Below, piece after piece: positions 16,822-26,266 of a stretch of 57,936 bases of DNA. A program made the position numbers and the translations under genes. Below the pieces are notes generated by a model. The model made no database searches, had not been told where the DNA came from, and worked only from the letters and a program-made list of their open reading frames with translations. Each line of letters begins with the position of its first letter. The stretch's first letter is position 1. The stretch covers positions 1 through 57,936 of the forward strand of contig CAIMWA010000277.1 in assembly GCA_903845045.1 (NCBI GenBank), given 5' to 3'. This DNA is from an uncultured delta proteobacterium (GTDB lineage: Bacteria; Myxococcota_A; Polyangia; Polyangiales; Ga0077539).

Positions 16822-17309
16822 CACAGGCTCCGGAGCGAAAGGGCGAGGCAGGCCATCAAGCGGCGGGACCAGCCGAGGCCATAGCGGGTGAAGCCCGGCA
16901 GCGAGCCGTAGCGCAGGGCGCGCCGGGCGGCGAACTCGACGATGACGTCGACGAGGGGCACCTTGGTCAGCGCCGACAGAGTGGCGGGGCCGATCGCGCC
17001 GTCGGCGGTGACCCCGAGGACGGCCTGGAGGCTGCGAGCGGCGTAGCCGCAGCCCTGGTTGACGGCGGCGTCGAAGTAGACGATCGCCAGGGCCGGCGGC
17101 AGTTTGTCGGCGTTGCTGCCCAGCCAATAGACCTCGCGATAGATCGCGATCGCCGCCTCACGGGTGAGATTGCGGATGTCCACGTCAGGGTGGCTCTTTT
17201 TGTCGATCCCAAAGTTGGTCTCGCCGCCGGGATCGTTGGGGTCGTTCTCGTACCCGCCCTCTCGCTGCAGGACGAAGGTAACGGCAGTCGTGAAAGCGTC
17301 GTCGGACAT
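16821..17309 (-). CDS. Endolysin, glycoside hydrolase family 108
   Basis: REGGYENDPNDPGGETNFGI, FDAAVNQG, ADGAIGPAT, GWSRR. Confidence 0.92.
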   Translation of the reverse strand: MSDDAFTTAVTFVLQREGGYENDPNDPGGETNFGIDKKSHPDVDIRNLTREAAIAIYREVYWLGSNADKLPPALAIVYFDAAVNQGCGYAARSLQAVLGVTADGAIGPATLSALTKVPLVDVIVEFAARRALRYGSLPGFTRYGLGWSRRLMACLALSLRSL

Positions 17310-17336
17310 TTGGAAGCCTTCGGTCGGAGCCAGAAA

Positions 17337-19202
17337 CTACACGGGCTGGACGTGGCGCGCACGCACCCTATAGTACGAAGACGCCGATCCGCATATCGTG
17401 ATGGAAGTACCCGATATTAGCTTTGCCACGGCCTTATACAGTATGTTGGGGGCAAAACCCCCTATGTCGTAAGTGCCGGCCGCAGTACTCGTATCCTGCA
17501 CGGTCTTCTCGTAAGTGCCCTTGTACGCGATGGATGTCCCGCCCCCGATCGTGCACTCTAACCGGGTGTAGCTCAAGACGGAGTAGGAGGCGCCGTTGTC
17601 GTACGACACCAGCATCTCTATGTCGGCTGCGGCTGCGCCCGAGGCGCTTGTCAGGTAATAATCGAAGCTCACATTAATCTCCCGGAGAAGATCAATGTTT
17701 TGCACCAGCGTAACGTAGGCTGCGCCATCAGTCGTAATGTCGGCGTAGCTTCCAGACGAGATTACTTGGTCGCCGCCTGTCTTCTTCAGCTCCGTCCATT
17801 GCCTACCAAACTGCCCCCCGTACAGAGTAGCCCTTACCGCGCTGCCGTTTCTGGTCGTGAGCAAATCAATAGTGCTATCGCTGGTTTCGTTGTAGTTAAC
17901 GACGACGTTGGCGGCGCCGAGCTGGGCGCCGATGTTGGCTATCTGCCAGTACCTGACATCGTAGCGGTTATTGCCTCCCGCGTCTTGGACTAGGGACGAG
18001 GCGCCCCCGAGGTCCACGTTAAAGTAGTTGCCCGTGCCGACGGTAACTTTGATGCACCTGGCCGCGGTGGGGTCGGTCCACGCTATCCTGACGTTGCCCG
18101 TACCGGCTATTGGCGCCCCAACAAACGTGACGCGAACGTTCGAGCAATGTACGTTCGTTGTGCCAGCCGGGATGTTTACAGAGCCGCTGTCTGTGTTCGC
18201 CAGAGTGTAGTCGGTCGCTATGGCTTTTTTCGACCAAACACCATTGGCGTCTTTAGTGTAGACTTTGATGCCGGACTCTTGCCACAAGTAGTTGCCTGCG
18301 CCAAGCGCCAAGTCGAACGCTACTGTACTGCCGTCACCGTTGTACGAACCGCCGCCCGCCGTGATCTGCCCGTACAGGATGCCGTTGAAATAGCAGGCTT
18401 GCGGCTTGTTAGCTACACCCGTGTCGAGCAAGCAATACCTGGGGTAACCATTCGTGGGGTTAGGGTATTTCGAAAGGCCCACCGTGATATTTTCAAAATG
18501 ATTCAAAGCGTAGCCTACGCTGGCAGCGTCACGAGTGATGCCGTCAACGAAGTCTTGGATGTAAAGGTTACGGAACGTGCAATAGTTACTAGGCCCCGTG
18601 TACAAGCCGCAGGTTACGGTTGCAACAGCGGACACATCAGCGTTGCCCCGCAGAGATAGGTCGGATACCATGACCTGAGTGGTGTTAGCGGAGGGATCGT
18701 TAAACACAAACCCATTGGTGTCAGCGGTAAACCTAAGCTGACAGGTATACATTCCGCCGCCGATGACTTTCGAACCGCCATACAGCTTCAGCGCCGCGCC
18801 AACCTTGTAGTAGCCGTTGCCGCCGCCGGCTTGCGTCGGAGGGTTGGGAATGTACACCGACTGGTCTACAACTTTAGAACTCGCGCGGTAGCAGGCGTCA
18901 ATGGTGGCTTGGATGGCCGAGGCGTTGTCTGTCACCCCGCTATCGCCTTTCGCGCCGAACCACAGTACGCTGTAGGGCAGTCCATCCGTGCTGCGGAGAT
19001 ACCGGTGCCCGCCAGCGTCCACGATGATCGTACCGCCGTTATCTGCGGAGGTGGTGTCAGACGCATTTAAGTAGAACGTTCCTTCGCCCCCGTCCATTCC
19101 TGAGTAGTACCCCTGCACGTACAAGGTCTGGGTGGGGTTCACGTTAAGGCGCAAAGCCGCGATGTTGGCGATGGTGGTAACGGCGGCGGGGTTATAAGCC
19201 AT
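17337..19202 (-). CDS. Tailspike / receptor-binding protein (pectate lyase 3-like beta-helix)
   Basis: GYYSGMDGGEG..DNGGTII N-domain, then VLWFGAKGDSGVTDNASAIQATID; lower GC than neighbours. Confidence 0.8.
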   Translation of the reverse strand: MAYNPAAVTTIANIAALRLNVNPTQTLYVQGYYSGMDGGEGTFYLNASDTTSADNGGTIIVDAGGHRYLRSTDGLPYSVLWFGAKGDSGVTDNASAIQATIDACYRASSKVVDQSVYIPNPPTQAGGGNGYYKVGAALKLYGGSKVIGGGMYTCQLRFTADTNGFVFNDPSANTTQVMVSDLSLRGNADVSAVATVTCGLYTGPSNYCTFRNLYIQDFVDGITRDAASVGYALNHFENITVGLSKYPNPTNGYPRYCLLDTGVANKPQACYFNGILYGQITAGGGSYNGDGSTVAFDLALGAGNYLWQESGIKVYTKDANGVWSKKAIATDYTLANTDSGSVNIPAGTTNVHCSNVRVTFVGAPIAGTGNVRIAWTDPTAARCIKVTVGTGNYFNVDLGGASSLVQDAGGNNRYDVRYWQIANIGAQLGAANVVVNYNETSDSTIDLLTTRNGSAVRATLYGGQFGRQWTELKKTGGDQVISSGSYADITTDGAAYVTLVQNIDLLREINVSFDYYLTSASGAAAADIEMLVSYDNGASYSVLSYTRLECTIGGGTSIAYKGTYEKTVQDTSTAAGTYDIGGFAPNILYKAVAKLISGTSITICGSASSYYRVRARHVQPV

Positions 19203-19219
19203 CCTAGTTATCCTTCACG

Positions 19220-20149
19220 TTACAGTACGTTCCACTGCGTACCGTTCCACACCATGGATATCGACCCATAAGCGCTTGTTACATAGACAGATGCCTGCCC
19301 GTCGATAGTGCAGGACGATCCGGTTATCGTGACGAAGTAAGTGCCCGCGTCCCCTTTGCCGTCTTTAACGGTGATAACCGTGCCAGGGGTTAGGTCGCTG
19401 GGCATCGTAACGGTGGTCGCGGCCCCGACCGTTTTGTTAAGCACCACAATGTTATCGGTGCTGGTGACGGCCACCCCTCCAGGTGCAGTAACCACACGCA
19501 AAGCCTGCAAAATGACGGTCTGGGCCTGCGATACAGGCCCCCAAATCGGCGCGCTACTGCCTTGGGACAGCAAGACTTGCCCAGTGGACCCAGGGCCGAC
19601 GGCGCCCCAAGCTGAAGCGCCCCGAGCCAAAACCACGCCCGGAGTGCTGGACGCCCCGTCCAGCACTCCTGACGTTGTGGGTACGGCAGTGACGGCGCTA
19701 GACCCGTTCCCGAACAAATACCCTGTCAACGGTATGACGGGTGCGGCGCCGAGGGTCGCGGCCCCGCTATCGCTAATCGACAGAACGGTGGTCCCGTTGA
19801 CCTTAAACTGGAGCGGGACGTGCGTCGCGCCGCCATAGGCCGTGTCCGAAAAGATCGCGCCGGTCGAGGTGTCGACGCCCATGCAAAAGGCGTTGTACGC
19901 CCCGGTGGTCGCGCCGCTGTTGATGCAGAACGGTGTTCCGCCAGAGGCTGTGACACCAAGCGTCGTGAGGTACGAGCCGACGGCACCACCGACCGATGTC
20001 CCAGCGTCACCGACAATGCCGTTCGTGACCCATCGGGCGGCATGGCCCGCTGTGACCGTGCCGCTTTGCTGAACAGACTGGGCGCCGCCTGAAGTCGGGG
20101 CGAACGCCAGCAGAACCGCCGCAAAAAAGGCGAGGAAGCGGTTGAACAT
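19220..20149 (-). CDS. Tail fibre-like protein with signal-peptide-like N-terminus
   Basis: Gly/Ser/Thr-rich, GQVLLSQG..PIW, C-terminal VKDGKG...IDG...WNGTQW; likely start MFNRFL. Confidence 0.6.
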   Translation of the reverse strand: MFNRFLAFFAAVLLAFAPTSGGAQSVQQSGTVTAGHAARWVTNGIVGDAGTSVGGAVGSYLTTLGVTASGGTPFCINSGATTGAYNAFCMGVDTSTGAIFSDTAYGGATHVPLQFKVNGTTVLSISDSGAATLGAAPVIPLTGYLFGNGSSAVTAVPTTSGVLDGASSTPGVVLARGASAWGAVGPGSTGQVLLSQGSSAPIWGPVSQAQTVILQALRVVTAPGGVAVTSTDNIVVLNKTVGAATTVTMPSDLTPGTVITVKDGKGDAGTYFVTITGSSCTIDGQASVYVTSAYGSISMVWNGTQWNVL

Positions 20150-20172
20150 GGTGGTTGCCTCGCGCTTGAGGG

Positions 20173-20805
20173 TCAGGTGAAGTCTTCGATCCAGAGGGCT
20201 TCGATCTGGAGCAGGGGCGAGGTGATCGCCGTGCTGTTCAGGTTGAGCACGAACTGCTGGGTGCTGCCGCCGCGCAAGGTCGGGAGCCGCGCACCCGGAA
20301 CGGCCGCAAAGTTCCAATCCAGTGCGTTTTCGACAGTGGCCGCCGCCGTCGTCGCCAGGGTCAAGTACCCAGAGCCGAGGATCGCACCGGTGCCGCCGAG
20401 GGTCGGGTTGGCCGTGGTGTAGGCCGCAAGGGTCGAGGTCGACGCGCCATCAGCGGTGTCAAGCGGGGCCGCAACAGGCAGCGCCAGCGACGTGGCGAGG
20501 GTCGCCGAACCGATCACGGTCGGCGTCGGGCGACGGAGCAGCGTGATCGGCACGGTAATCAGAGTGCCGGCAGTGCCCGTGATGCGCAGGCGGGCCAGCT
20601 TGACGGTCTTTGCACCGGCCGCGATCGTGAAGAAATCGGTGGCACCGGCCGCGACGGGCACGAGGCCGAGCGAGGCCGCGGCGAACGAGGCGCGAGTGCC
20701 TTCGAGCGACGTGGTGCTGGTGTAGCTGCCGTCGAAATTGGGGATCAGGTCGAACTGGCGGATCAATCCAGTGGCATCCGCCAATGGCATAGTGGGGAGC
20801 GTCAT
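20173..20805 (-). CDS. putative virion protein
   Basis: GGAGG RBS; Thr/Ala-rich beta-type sequence in the structural block. Confidence 0.6.
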   Translation of the reverse strand: MTLPTMPLADATGLIRQFDLIPNFDGSYTSTTSLEGTRASFAAASLGLVPVAAGATDFFTIAAGAKTVKLARLRITGTAGTLITVPITLLRRPTPTVIGSATLATSLALPVAAPLDTADGASTSTLAAYTTANPTLGGTGAILGSGYLTLATTAAATVENALDWNFAAVPGARLPTLRGGSTQQFVLNLNSTAITSPLLQIEALWIEDFT

Positions 20806-20821
20806 CGGGGAGCCTCCGAGG

Positions 20822-20989
20822 TCAGAACAGGTTGACGTTTTGGAGCAGGCTGATCCGCTGGTTAGCGGTCAGTTGCTGGTTCGTAGCGGTGGTGGAAGCG
20901 GTCGCGGCGGCTGACGGCAGCCCGGCCACCAGAGCCAGGACGCTGGTCTGCGGGGGCGTCGGGGTCGCGGGGTTGACGATGTAGGCCAT
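20822..20989 (-). CDS. small hypothetical protein
   Basis: MAYIVNP start with TGATG coupling and GAGG. Confidence 0.55.
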   Translation of the reverse strand: MAYIVNPATPTPPQTSVLALVAGLPSAAATASTTATNQQLTANQRISLLQNVNLF

Positions 20990-21270
20990 CAGTGCCGCCT
21001 CATGACGTAGATCAAGACCCCGTACAACGCGAGGCCGCCGAGTTCCATCGGCTTCGGGTCGGGGAGCATGGTCCATAGCAAATACCATGCGGATGCGACG
21101 TAGACCAAGGTTGTCAAGGACGCAATCGCGGCAACCGCGCGCTGGGACAGGGCTTTGAGCGCCATTAACAGCAAGTTGGTGGCAACGGCCTGCTGCTGGA
21201 TCGCGGGGGAGGGCGGAGGCGCGACTTCGCGATCTTCGCCGATCTGCTGGAGGCGTGAAACGTTTGTCAT
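20989..21270 (-). CDS. small two-TM membrane protein
   Basis: Two hydrophobic segments, coupled start/stop. Confidence 0.65.
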   Translation of the reverse strand: MTNVSRLQQIGEDREVAPPPSPAIQQQAVATNLLLMALKALSQRAVAAIASLTTLVYVASAWYLLWTMLPDPKPMELGGLALYGVLIYVMRRH

Positions 21271-21488
21271 GTCATTGTTCCCAGTTTCTTGAACTCGTCG
21301 AACGACTCGCCGTCGTCTTCTTCGGGCTTTTTGAGCTTCTTTATCCCGAGATAATACGACGTGAGTGTCTTAAATGCGTCTAACCGCTCTTGCGGTTCGT
21401 CAGATTGCAGTGCGTCGTCAGCGATGGCGTTTGCCAGTTCAGCAAGCTTTTCGCCGATTGTCGGCGCGGGTTTAGCTTTTGCCATCAC
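21267..21488 (-). CDS. hypothetical protein
   Basis: Overlapping starts/stops with both neighbours. Confidence 0.65.
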   Translation of the reverse strand: MMAKAKPAPTIGEKLAELANAIADDALQSDEPQERLDAFKTLTSYYLGIKKLKKPEEDDGESFDEFKKLGTMT

Positions 21489-23578
21489 TTGTCTTTCCGC
21501 TTACGCTTGTCAGTCTCGCCGCCTTGCGGACCCGCGGTCAAGACCGAGAGGGGCAAGCCGGGCAGGTTCGGCGCCGGGTGGAGGGCGTTTTCGCGGGCCA
21601 CGGACCGGGCGCCCAGCCAAGCCGGCCCCGCCAAGGCGCCGAGGATGCCAGCTCCCTCGCCGACGCCCGTCCCGAACCCGCCGCCGAGCACCGCCGACGC
21701 ACCGCTCGCCTTTGCCATGTCCTCAACGCTCCAGCGCTCCGGCGAGCGGCTGCTCGAGGGGGGCACGGTGAGGTCGTGGTGGTCATTGGCGAACATCGCA
21801 GCGTCCCGCATGGGTCCGGTCAGGCGGACGCCGCTGTCGAGATCGCGGCCAAGAACGCGGGCGTCTACGTTGCCGTTCGCCACGTTTGTAGCTTCCTTCA
21901 GCGTCTCGATCTGGGCTTTGACCCTTCGCGCGTCTTGGAACTTGGCGTAAAGGCCGGAGGTGGTCTTTGCCTCGGCGCTCACGCGGGCGAACAGGGGTTG
22001 GAGTTCGGCGATCTTTGCGTCGAGGGCGGCAATCTCCCCCGCGGCCCCTGCCCGACGCGCTTCGGACCAGTCAGGTAGCTTGTCGAGCATGTCTTGCTTC
22101 GCCGCGCGTTCAGCGGTCGTCTCCGCGAGTTGCTTGGCGTATCTGGCAGGGGCGTCCTTCAGCCCTTTCTCCAGGCCGTCCTCCACGGCGTCGGCGAGCG
22201 CGCGCAGTGCCCTCGCCTCGGCCTTCTGTGCGTTAACGTCGCCCGCCGACCGCAACGTGTCGCGCGCCCGGCTGCGCAATTCGGACATGACCGCGAGCGC
22301 CGTCGGGGTGTCAAGTTCGGCCCCCTGCCCGGCTACCGCGGTCCGAGCCTTGTCCAGTGAGCTACCTTTCAGCAGTTCGGGCACCTTCTCCCGTGCCACG
22401 GCGAGGTCGCCTAGAGCTTTGGTGACGGCGTCTTTAACCTTGCCGTCCAGGGGGATGGTCGGGACGGCGGTTTTCACCTGATCGTAAACGCCGCTGATCT
22501 GGTTCTCCAGCGCGGTGAACCGTGTCGGTTGCTTGGGGTTCTCCGAAACGACAGGGACTTTCGTCACGTCAGGCTCGTAGCCGAACGCCTGCTGTATTTT
22601 CGCGTTCGTGTTCTTTTGGTTTTCCCACCGCGCGGCGGCTTCAGTTTTCAGCTTGCCCGCCGTTCCGCTGACTAAAGCCTCCGCTGTCGACTCCGTGTCG
22701 CTCCGGTAGCCGAGCGGAACCGTGTACCCTGCCTTTTCGTGACCTGCCGTCGTCGGACGTTCGCTCCCTCTGGGCAGCTTGCCTGCGATCGTCCCCGCGA
22801 AAGGCGCGGCTCCGAGGGCCAAGCCAGCTACGGCCTGCCCAAGCGGCCCGGCCCCCATGTCCGCCGCGGTCTGAGCGCCGCCAGCCGCCAAGGCGCCAGA
22901 GACGCCCTGCGCCACTTCTTCGCGGCCGAGGTTCTTGGCCGCCGCCGCGACCTTCGGGCTGACCTTGCCCGAGGCGGCCAGCGCGTTTAGCCCCTTGGCA
23001 CCAAGGAACCCAGAGGCGCCACCGCTGAGAGCGGCCTCTGTGAGCTTCGCGCCCGGGGGCGTCTCAGGGACGCCTGCCGCCGTCAAACCCCTGTCGATCG
23101 TGCCGCCGATCGTCGGCAACTGCGGGGCCTGTGTGCCGGGCTCCCCGGTCAGATAGTGCAGCCCGGCCGACCCGAGGTTACCGAGACCAATCACTGCGTC
23201 CGTGAGGCCGGCAGCGGCGGGAAAGCCCACGGCGCCGAGAAGAGCACCTGGGGGACCGCCGGCCAGTCCACCGGCCACAGCCCCGGCTCCGGCTTCGGCG
23301 AGGTAAGGCGCTGCGGCGCGACCCGCCGCGATCGCTTGGCCTTTCGCGAAGCGCCCCGCCCGCTCCAGGAACGAAGCCGGCGGCTCAGTCTTCGGGGCGT
23401 TCGGTTGGCCCGGAGCGCTCGACGCCGGGGGCGGTTGGGCGGGATCACCATCCACAAAGCGGGAGTAGAAGTTGGCCGGCGGCGCATCCGCGCCCGGCTG
23501 CGGCGACGCGCCCCCGACGGGCGGAAGTGACGCCGACGCAGGGGGAAGCCCCGTGAACTGATCGTAAATTCCGGCCAT
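21485..23578 (-). CDS. Putative internal virion (DNA ejection) protein
   Basis: 697 aa, Ala/Gly-rich hydrophobic hairpins, YDQF N-terminal repeats, position after tail genes. Confidence 0.65.
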   Translation of the reverse strand: MAGIYDQFTGLPPASASLPPVGGASPQPGADAPPANFYSRFVDGDPAQPPPASSAPGQPNAPKTEPPASFLERAGRFAKGQAIAAGRAAAPYLAEAGAGAVAGGLAGGPPGALLGAVGFPAAAGLTDAVIGLGNLGSAGLHYLTGEPGTQAPQLPTIGGTIDRGLTAAGVPETPPGAKLTEAALSGGASGFLGAKGLNALAASGKVSPKVAAAAKNLGREEVAQGVSGALAAGGAQTAADMGAGPLGQAVAGLALGAAPFAGTIAGKLPRGSERPTTAGHEKAGYTVPLGYRSDTESTAEALVSGTAGKLKTEAAARWENQKNTNAKIQQAFGYEPDVTKVPVVSENPKQPTRFTALENQISGVYDQVKTAVPTIPLDGKVKDAVTKALGDLAVAREKVPELLKGSSLDKARTAVAGQGAELDTPTALAVMSELRSRARDTLRSAGDVNAQKAEARALRALADAVEDGLEKGLKDAPARYAKQLAETTAERAAKQDMLDKLPDWSEARRAGAAGEIAALDAKIAELQPLFARVSAEAKTTSGLYAKFQDARRVKAQIETLKEATNVANGNVDARVLGRDLDSGVRLTGPMRDAAMFANDHHDLTVPPSSSRSPERWSVEDMAKASGASAVLGGGFGTGVGEGAGILGALAGPAWLGARSVARENALHPAPNLPGLPLSVLTAGPQGGETDKRKRKDK

Positions 23579-23581
23579 GGT

Positions 23582-26266
23582 TCACTCCGTGGAGAGCACA
23601 AGCCCGGACAGTCCGGGGCCGAAGGTTGCGTCGAAGTCGCCTCGGGTCTCGGGGTGGGCGCGCAGAGCGGAGATCGCTTGGACGGGAGGCTTCGGCCACA
23701 CTTTGGTCGGGGCGCCCAAAAGTCCGCGAATTTTGTCTTGCACCTCGCGCACCTCGGCCGCCGCCGCCACCCGCCGGTTGTTCATGTCGGGGATGATGAC
23801 GTTGTTGAGGACGCCCATGGTCGCGCTGTAACCGTTGTTGATGTTCAACAGCCTGTCCGTTTCAGCCCTCGCGCTGTCGGAGACCGCCGCGATCGATTGA
23901 ACGCCGCCTGATAGGATTTTGGCGTACTCCCCCTTGATCGTCTGCATCATGCCGTCGAGAGCGATCACGTCGGGGTCGCCCGCTATCTCTTTACGGACGT
24001 ACTGGCCCCACTTGTTGAACAACGCGCCCGCGTCCGACGCGGTGCCGCGTCCCAAGAAGTCCTTCATGATGGAGATATTCAGCCGCGCCGTGGTCTCGTA
24101 AGACTCAATGGAGTCCGCTTGCGGCAAAAGGTTTTTGAGGTCTTTATGCAGAGCTTGATTTGTGGCCCGGATGGCCTCCATGTCGCCCGCTGTTTTGTGC
24201 TGCTCCAGCATCATCTCGGAGCCGCGTTTGATGATGCCCAAACGCTCGGCCGTGGCGGCGGGGCCGTAACCAGACGGCAGTTCCTTGGTCAGTATCCAAC
24301 TCTTGGCGCGCTCCGTCAGTTCTTCCGGCGTCAACGCCAGGGCGGCCATGTCTTGGGCGTGGCGCTCGTCATTTCGCTTCATCCGGTCCAGGCGTTCTTT
24401 CGCGACCTCCAGTTCTCCGGCACGAGCGGCTTCGCGCGCGGACTCGGCTTGGTCGGCGCGGTCGTTCACGTGCTGGCGTATGGCGAGGTTTCGCTTGGCG
24501 ATCTCCGCGTTAGCCGTAGCCTTCTGCACCGCAAGCTCGTGCGTCTGGTTAAACTGGCCGGTTTTTCGCGCGGCGTCGGCTTCGTGTTGCGCGGTTTTAA
24601 GCGCCTGATCCGCCGCGTGGACCTCGGCCCGCGCCGTGTTTTCCTCGCGTCGGAGCGTTAGGCGGTTCGTGTCCCTGTCGTTCTGGGCGGCTAGCCGGGC
24701 CGCCGTGGCGCCCCCCTTGACCATCTTGCCCGTCTCAGTGCCAGCCGCCTTGCTCTCTGCCGAAGACTGGTTCGCTTTCTGAAGGCTCTCGACGTGCCGA
24801 ACCGCCTCGGCGCGCTCGTCGTCAGAGGCTTTCGGGTCGTCGGCCACCTGCTGCCACGCTGCGATCTGCCGGTCGACCGGCAGCTTCGCCAAAGCCCCGC
24901 CTGTGCCGCCTGTCGTACCTTTTTTCAATTGAGCAAGGCGGGCAGCCTCTTCGTCCCCCTTGCCCAGTGCTGCCGCGATACCCCGCCGCAACGTCGCGTC
25001 GTCAGGGGCTGTCGGCTTTTCCTCAAGCGCCCACTGGCGCGCGGCCCTCGTCATCTTGTCGAGATCGTTCCAGGGAACTTTGTCGCCGGGCTTCATGCCA
25101 ACGGCCCCGGCCACAGCCTCGGCCATTTTGGCGGGTTTGTTTCCGTCTGACGAGGGCGACAGCGTCTCAAACATCTGTTGAAACGTCCACCCGCCAGCCT
25201 TGTCAGACTTGTTCTTGGCGTTCAGGATCGACGCCGCGATGCCGTTTTCCGGCGTGTCGTATTGGCCGAACTCGTTGCGCGGCCCGCCCCCCTTGGCCCC
25301 CTCGCCCTTCATACCCCCGATGCTCTTGAGGTTGAACGGGTTGTTATCGTACGAGAACCACAGGTCTTTTTCACGTAGGGTCTTTTCTCGGAGCGCAGGC
25401 ATCTCGCCCTCAGACACAGGCGCTTGCCCGATCGCAGCGCGGCGAGTGTTTTCTGCCTTCACCGCCTCGGCCACCGCAGCGTTCTGCTCGCTGTCCTGCA
25501 TCAATTCGCGGCTATTTTTAAGCGCCCGCTGCTGCCGGTCTTGCTGCTTCTCGATGAACTCTAGGTCGCCACGTTCCAGAGCGGCCAGTTCTTGCACGGC
25601 GCCCACCGCCGCGTAATGCGCCTTGAGCCCAGCGGCCCCAAGCGCCCAATCGTTTTGCATAACCTTCAGATGGTCTTCGCGCTGCTTGTTGTCCCACTCC
25701 GTCTGTTTGATGATGTAGTCCATATTTTCTTTCCAAGCGTCATGGGCGCGCTCGTACTCGGCTTCGTCGTGCTTATCCATGGCGGCAATCGCCGCGCCGC
25801 CTGCCGACAGAGCGTTCAATAGCGGTTGGCGCGTTCTCGCGCTCGCCACGAGCCCCATGATCATACCCCACGAACCGAGATATTCGAGCGGCGTGCGCTC
25901 TCGCTTTTTCTCAGTAAACGGTTTGATGTCAGGCTTCTCGAACGGATGCTCGGCGTTAAAAGTGTCGTACTCTTTTTTGCTCGCAGCGGCCTGAGCGCCC
26001 TCTTCACCGGCCAGCTTGAATTTTTCTCGAGCCGCCGCTTGATCAAGCTGGCGAACGTGCGCCATGGACGGGGCGCCCGTCGGCTGCTCGACGAGGCTCA
26101 CGAGGCTTTGGTCGTCGCCCCCGGCCACGGTGAGGGGGACCGCCGGGGTCCGCGGGGGAACGCGGGCAGGGTCAATGCGGGGGGACCCGACGCTGGTGCC
26201 CCCGTCGCTCACGAGGCCGCCCTCGGCGTCGTCATCAGCGGGCGCCTGAGAGGGCTTAGCGGCCAT
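23582..26266 (-). CDS. Large internal virion protein with lysozyme-like NNPxN domain
   Basis: 894 aa helical; NNPFNLK...FGQYDTPENGIAA...SPSSDGN; C-terminal FDATFGPG. Confidence 0.7.
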   Translation of the reverse strand: MAAKPSQAPADDDAEGGLVSDGGTSVGSPRIDPARVPPRTPAVPLTVAGGDDQSLVSLVEQPTGAPSMAHVRQLDQAAAREKFKLAGEEGAQAAASKKEYDTFNAEHPFEKPDIKPFTEKKRERTPLEYLGSWGMIMGLVASARTRQPLLNALSAGGAAIAAMDKHDEAEYERAHDAWKENMDYIIKQTEWDNKQREDHLKVMQNDWALGAAGLKAHYAAVGAVQELAALERGDLEFIEKQQDRQQRALKNSRELMQDSEQNAAVAEAVKAENTRRAAIGQAPVSEGEMPALREKTLREKDLWFSYDNNPFNLKSIGGMKGEGAKGGGPRNEFGQYDTPENGIAASILNAKNKSDKAGGWTFQQMFETLSPSSDGNKPAKMAEAVAGAVGMKPGDKVPWNDLDKMTRAARQWALEEKPTAPDDATLRRGIAAALGKGDEEAARLAQLKKGTTGGTGGALAKLPVDRQIAAWQQVADDPKASDDERAEAVRHVESLQKANQSSAESKAAGTETGKMVKGGATAARLAAQNDRDTNRLTLRREENTARAEVHAADQALKTAQHEADAARKTGQFNQTHELAVQKATANAEIAKRNLAIRQHVNDRADQAESAREAARAGELEVAKERLDRMKRNDERHAQDMAALALTPEELTERAKSWILTKELPSGYGPAATAERLGIIKRGSEMMLEQHKTAGDMEAIRATNQALHKDLKNLLPQADSIESYETTARLNISIMKDFLGRGTASDAGALFNKWGQYVRKEIAGDPDVIALDGMMQTIKGEYAKILSGGVQSIAAVSDSARAETDRLLNINNGYSATMGVLNNVIIPDMNNRRVAAAAEVREVQDKIRGLLGAPTKVWPKPPVQAISALRAHPETRGDFDATFGPGLSGLVLSTE

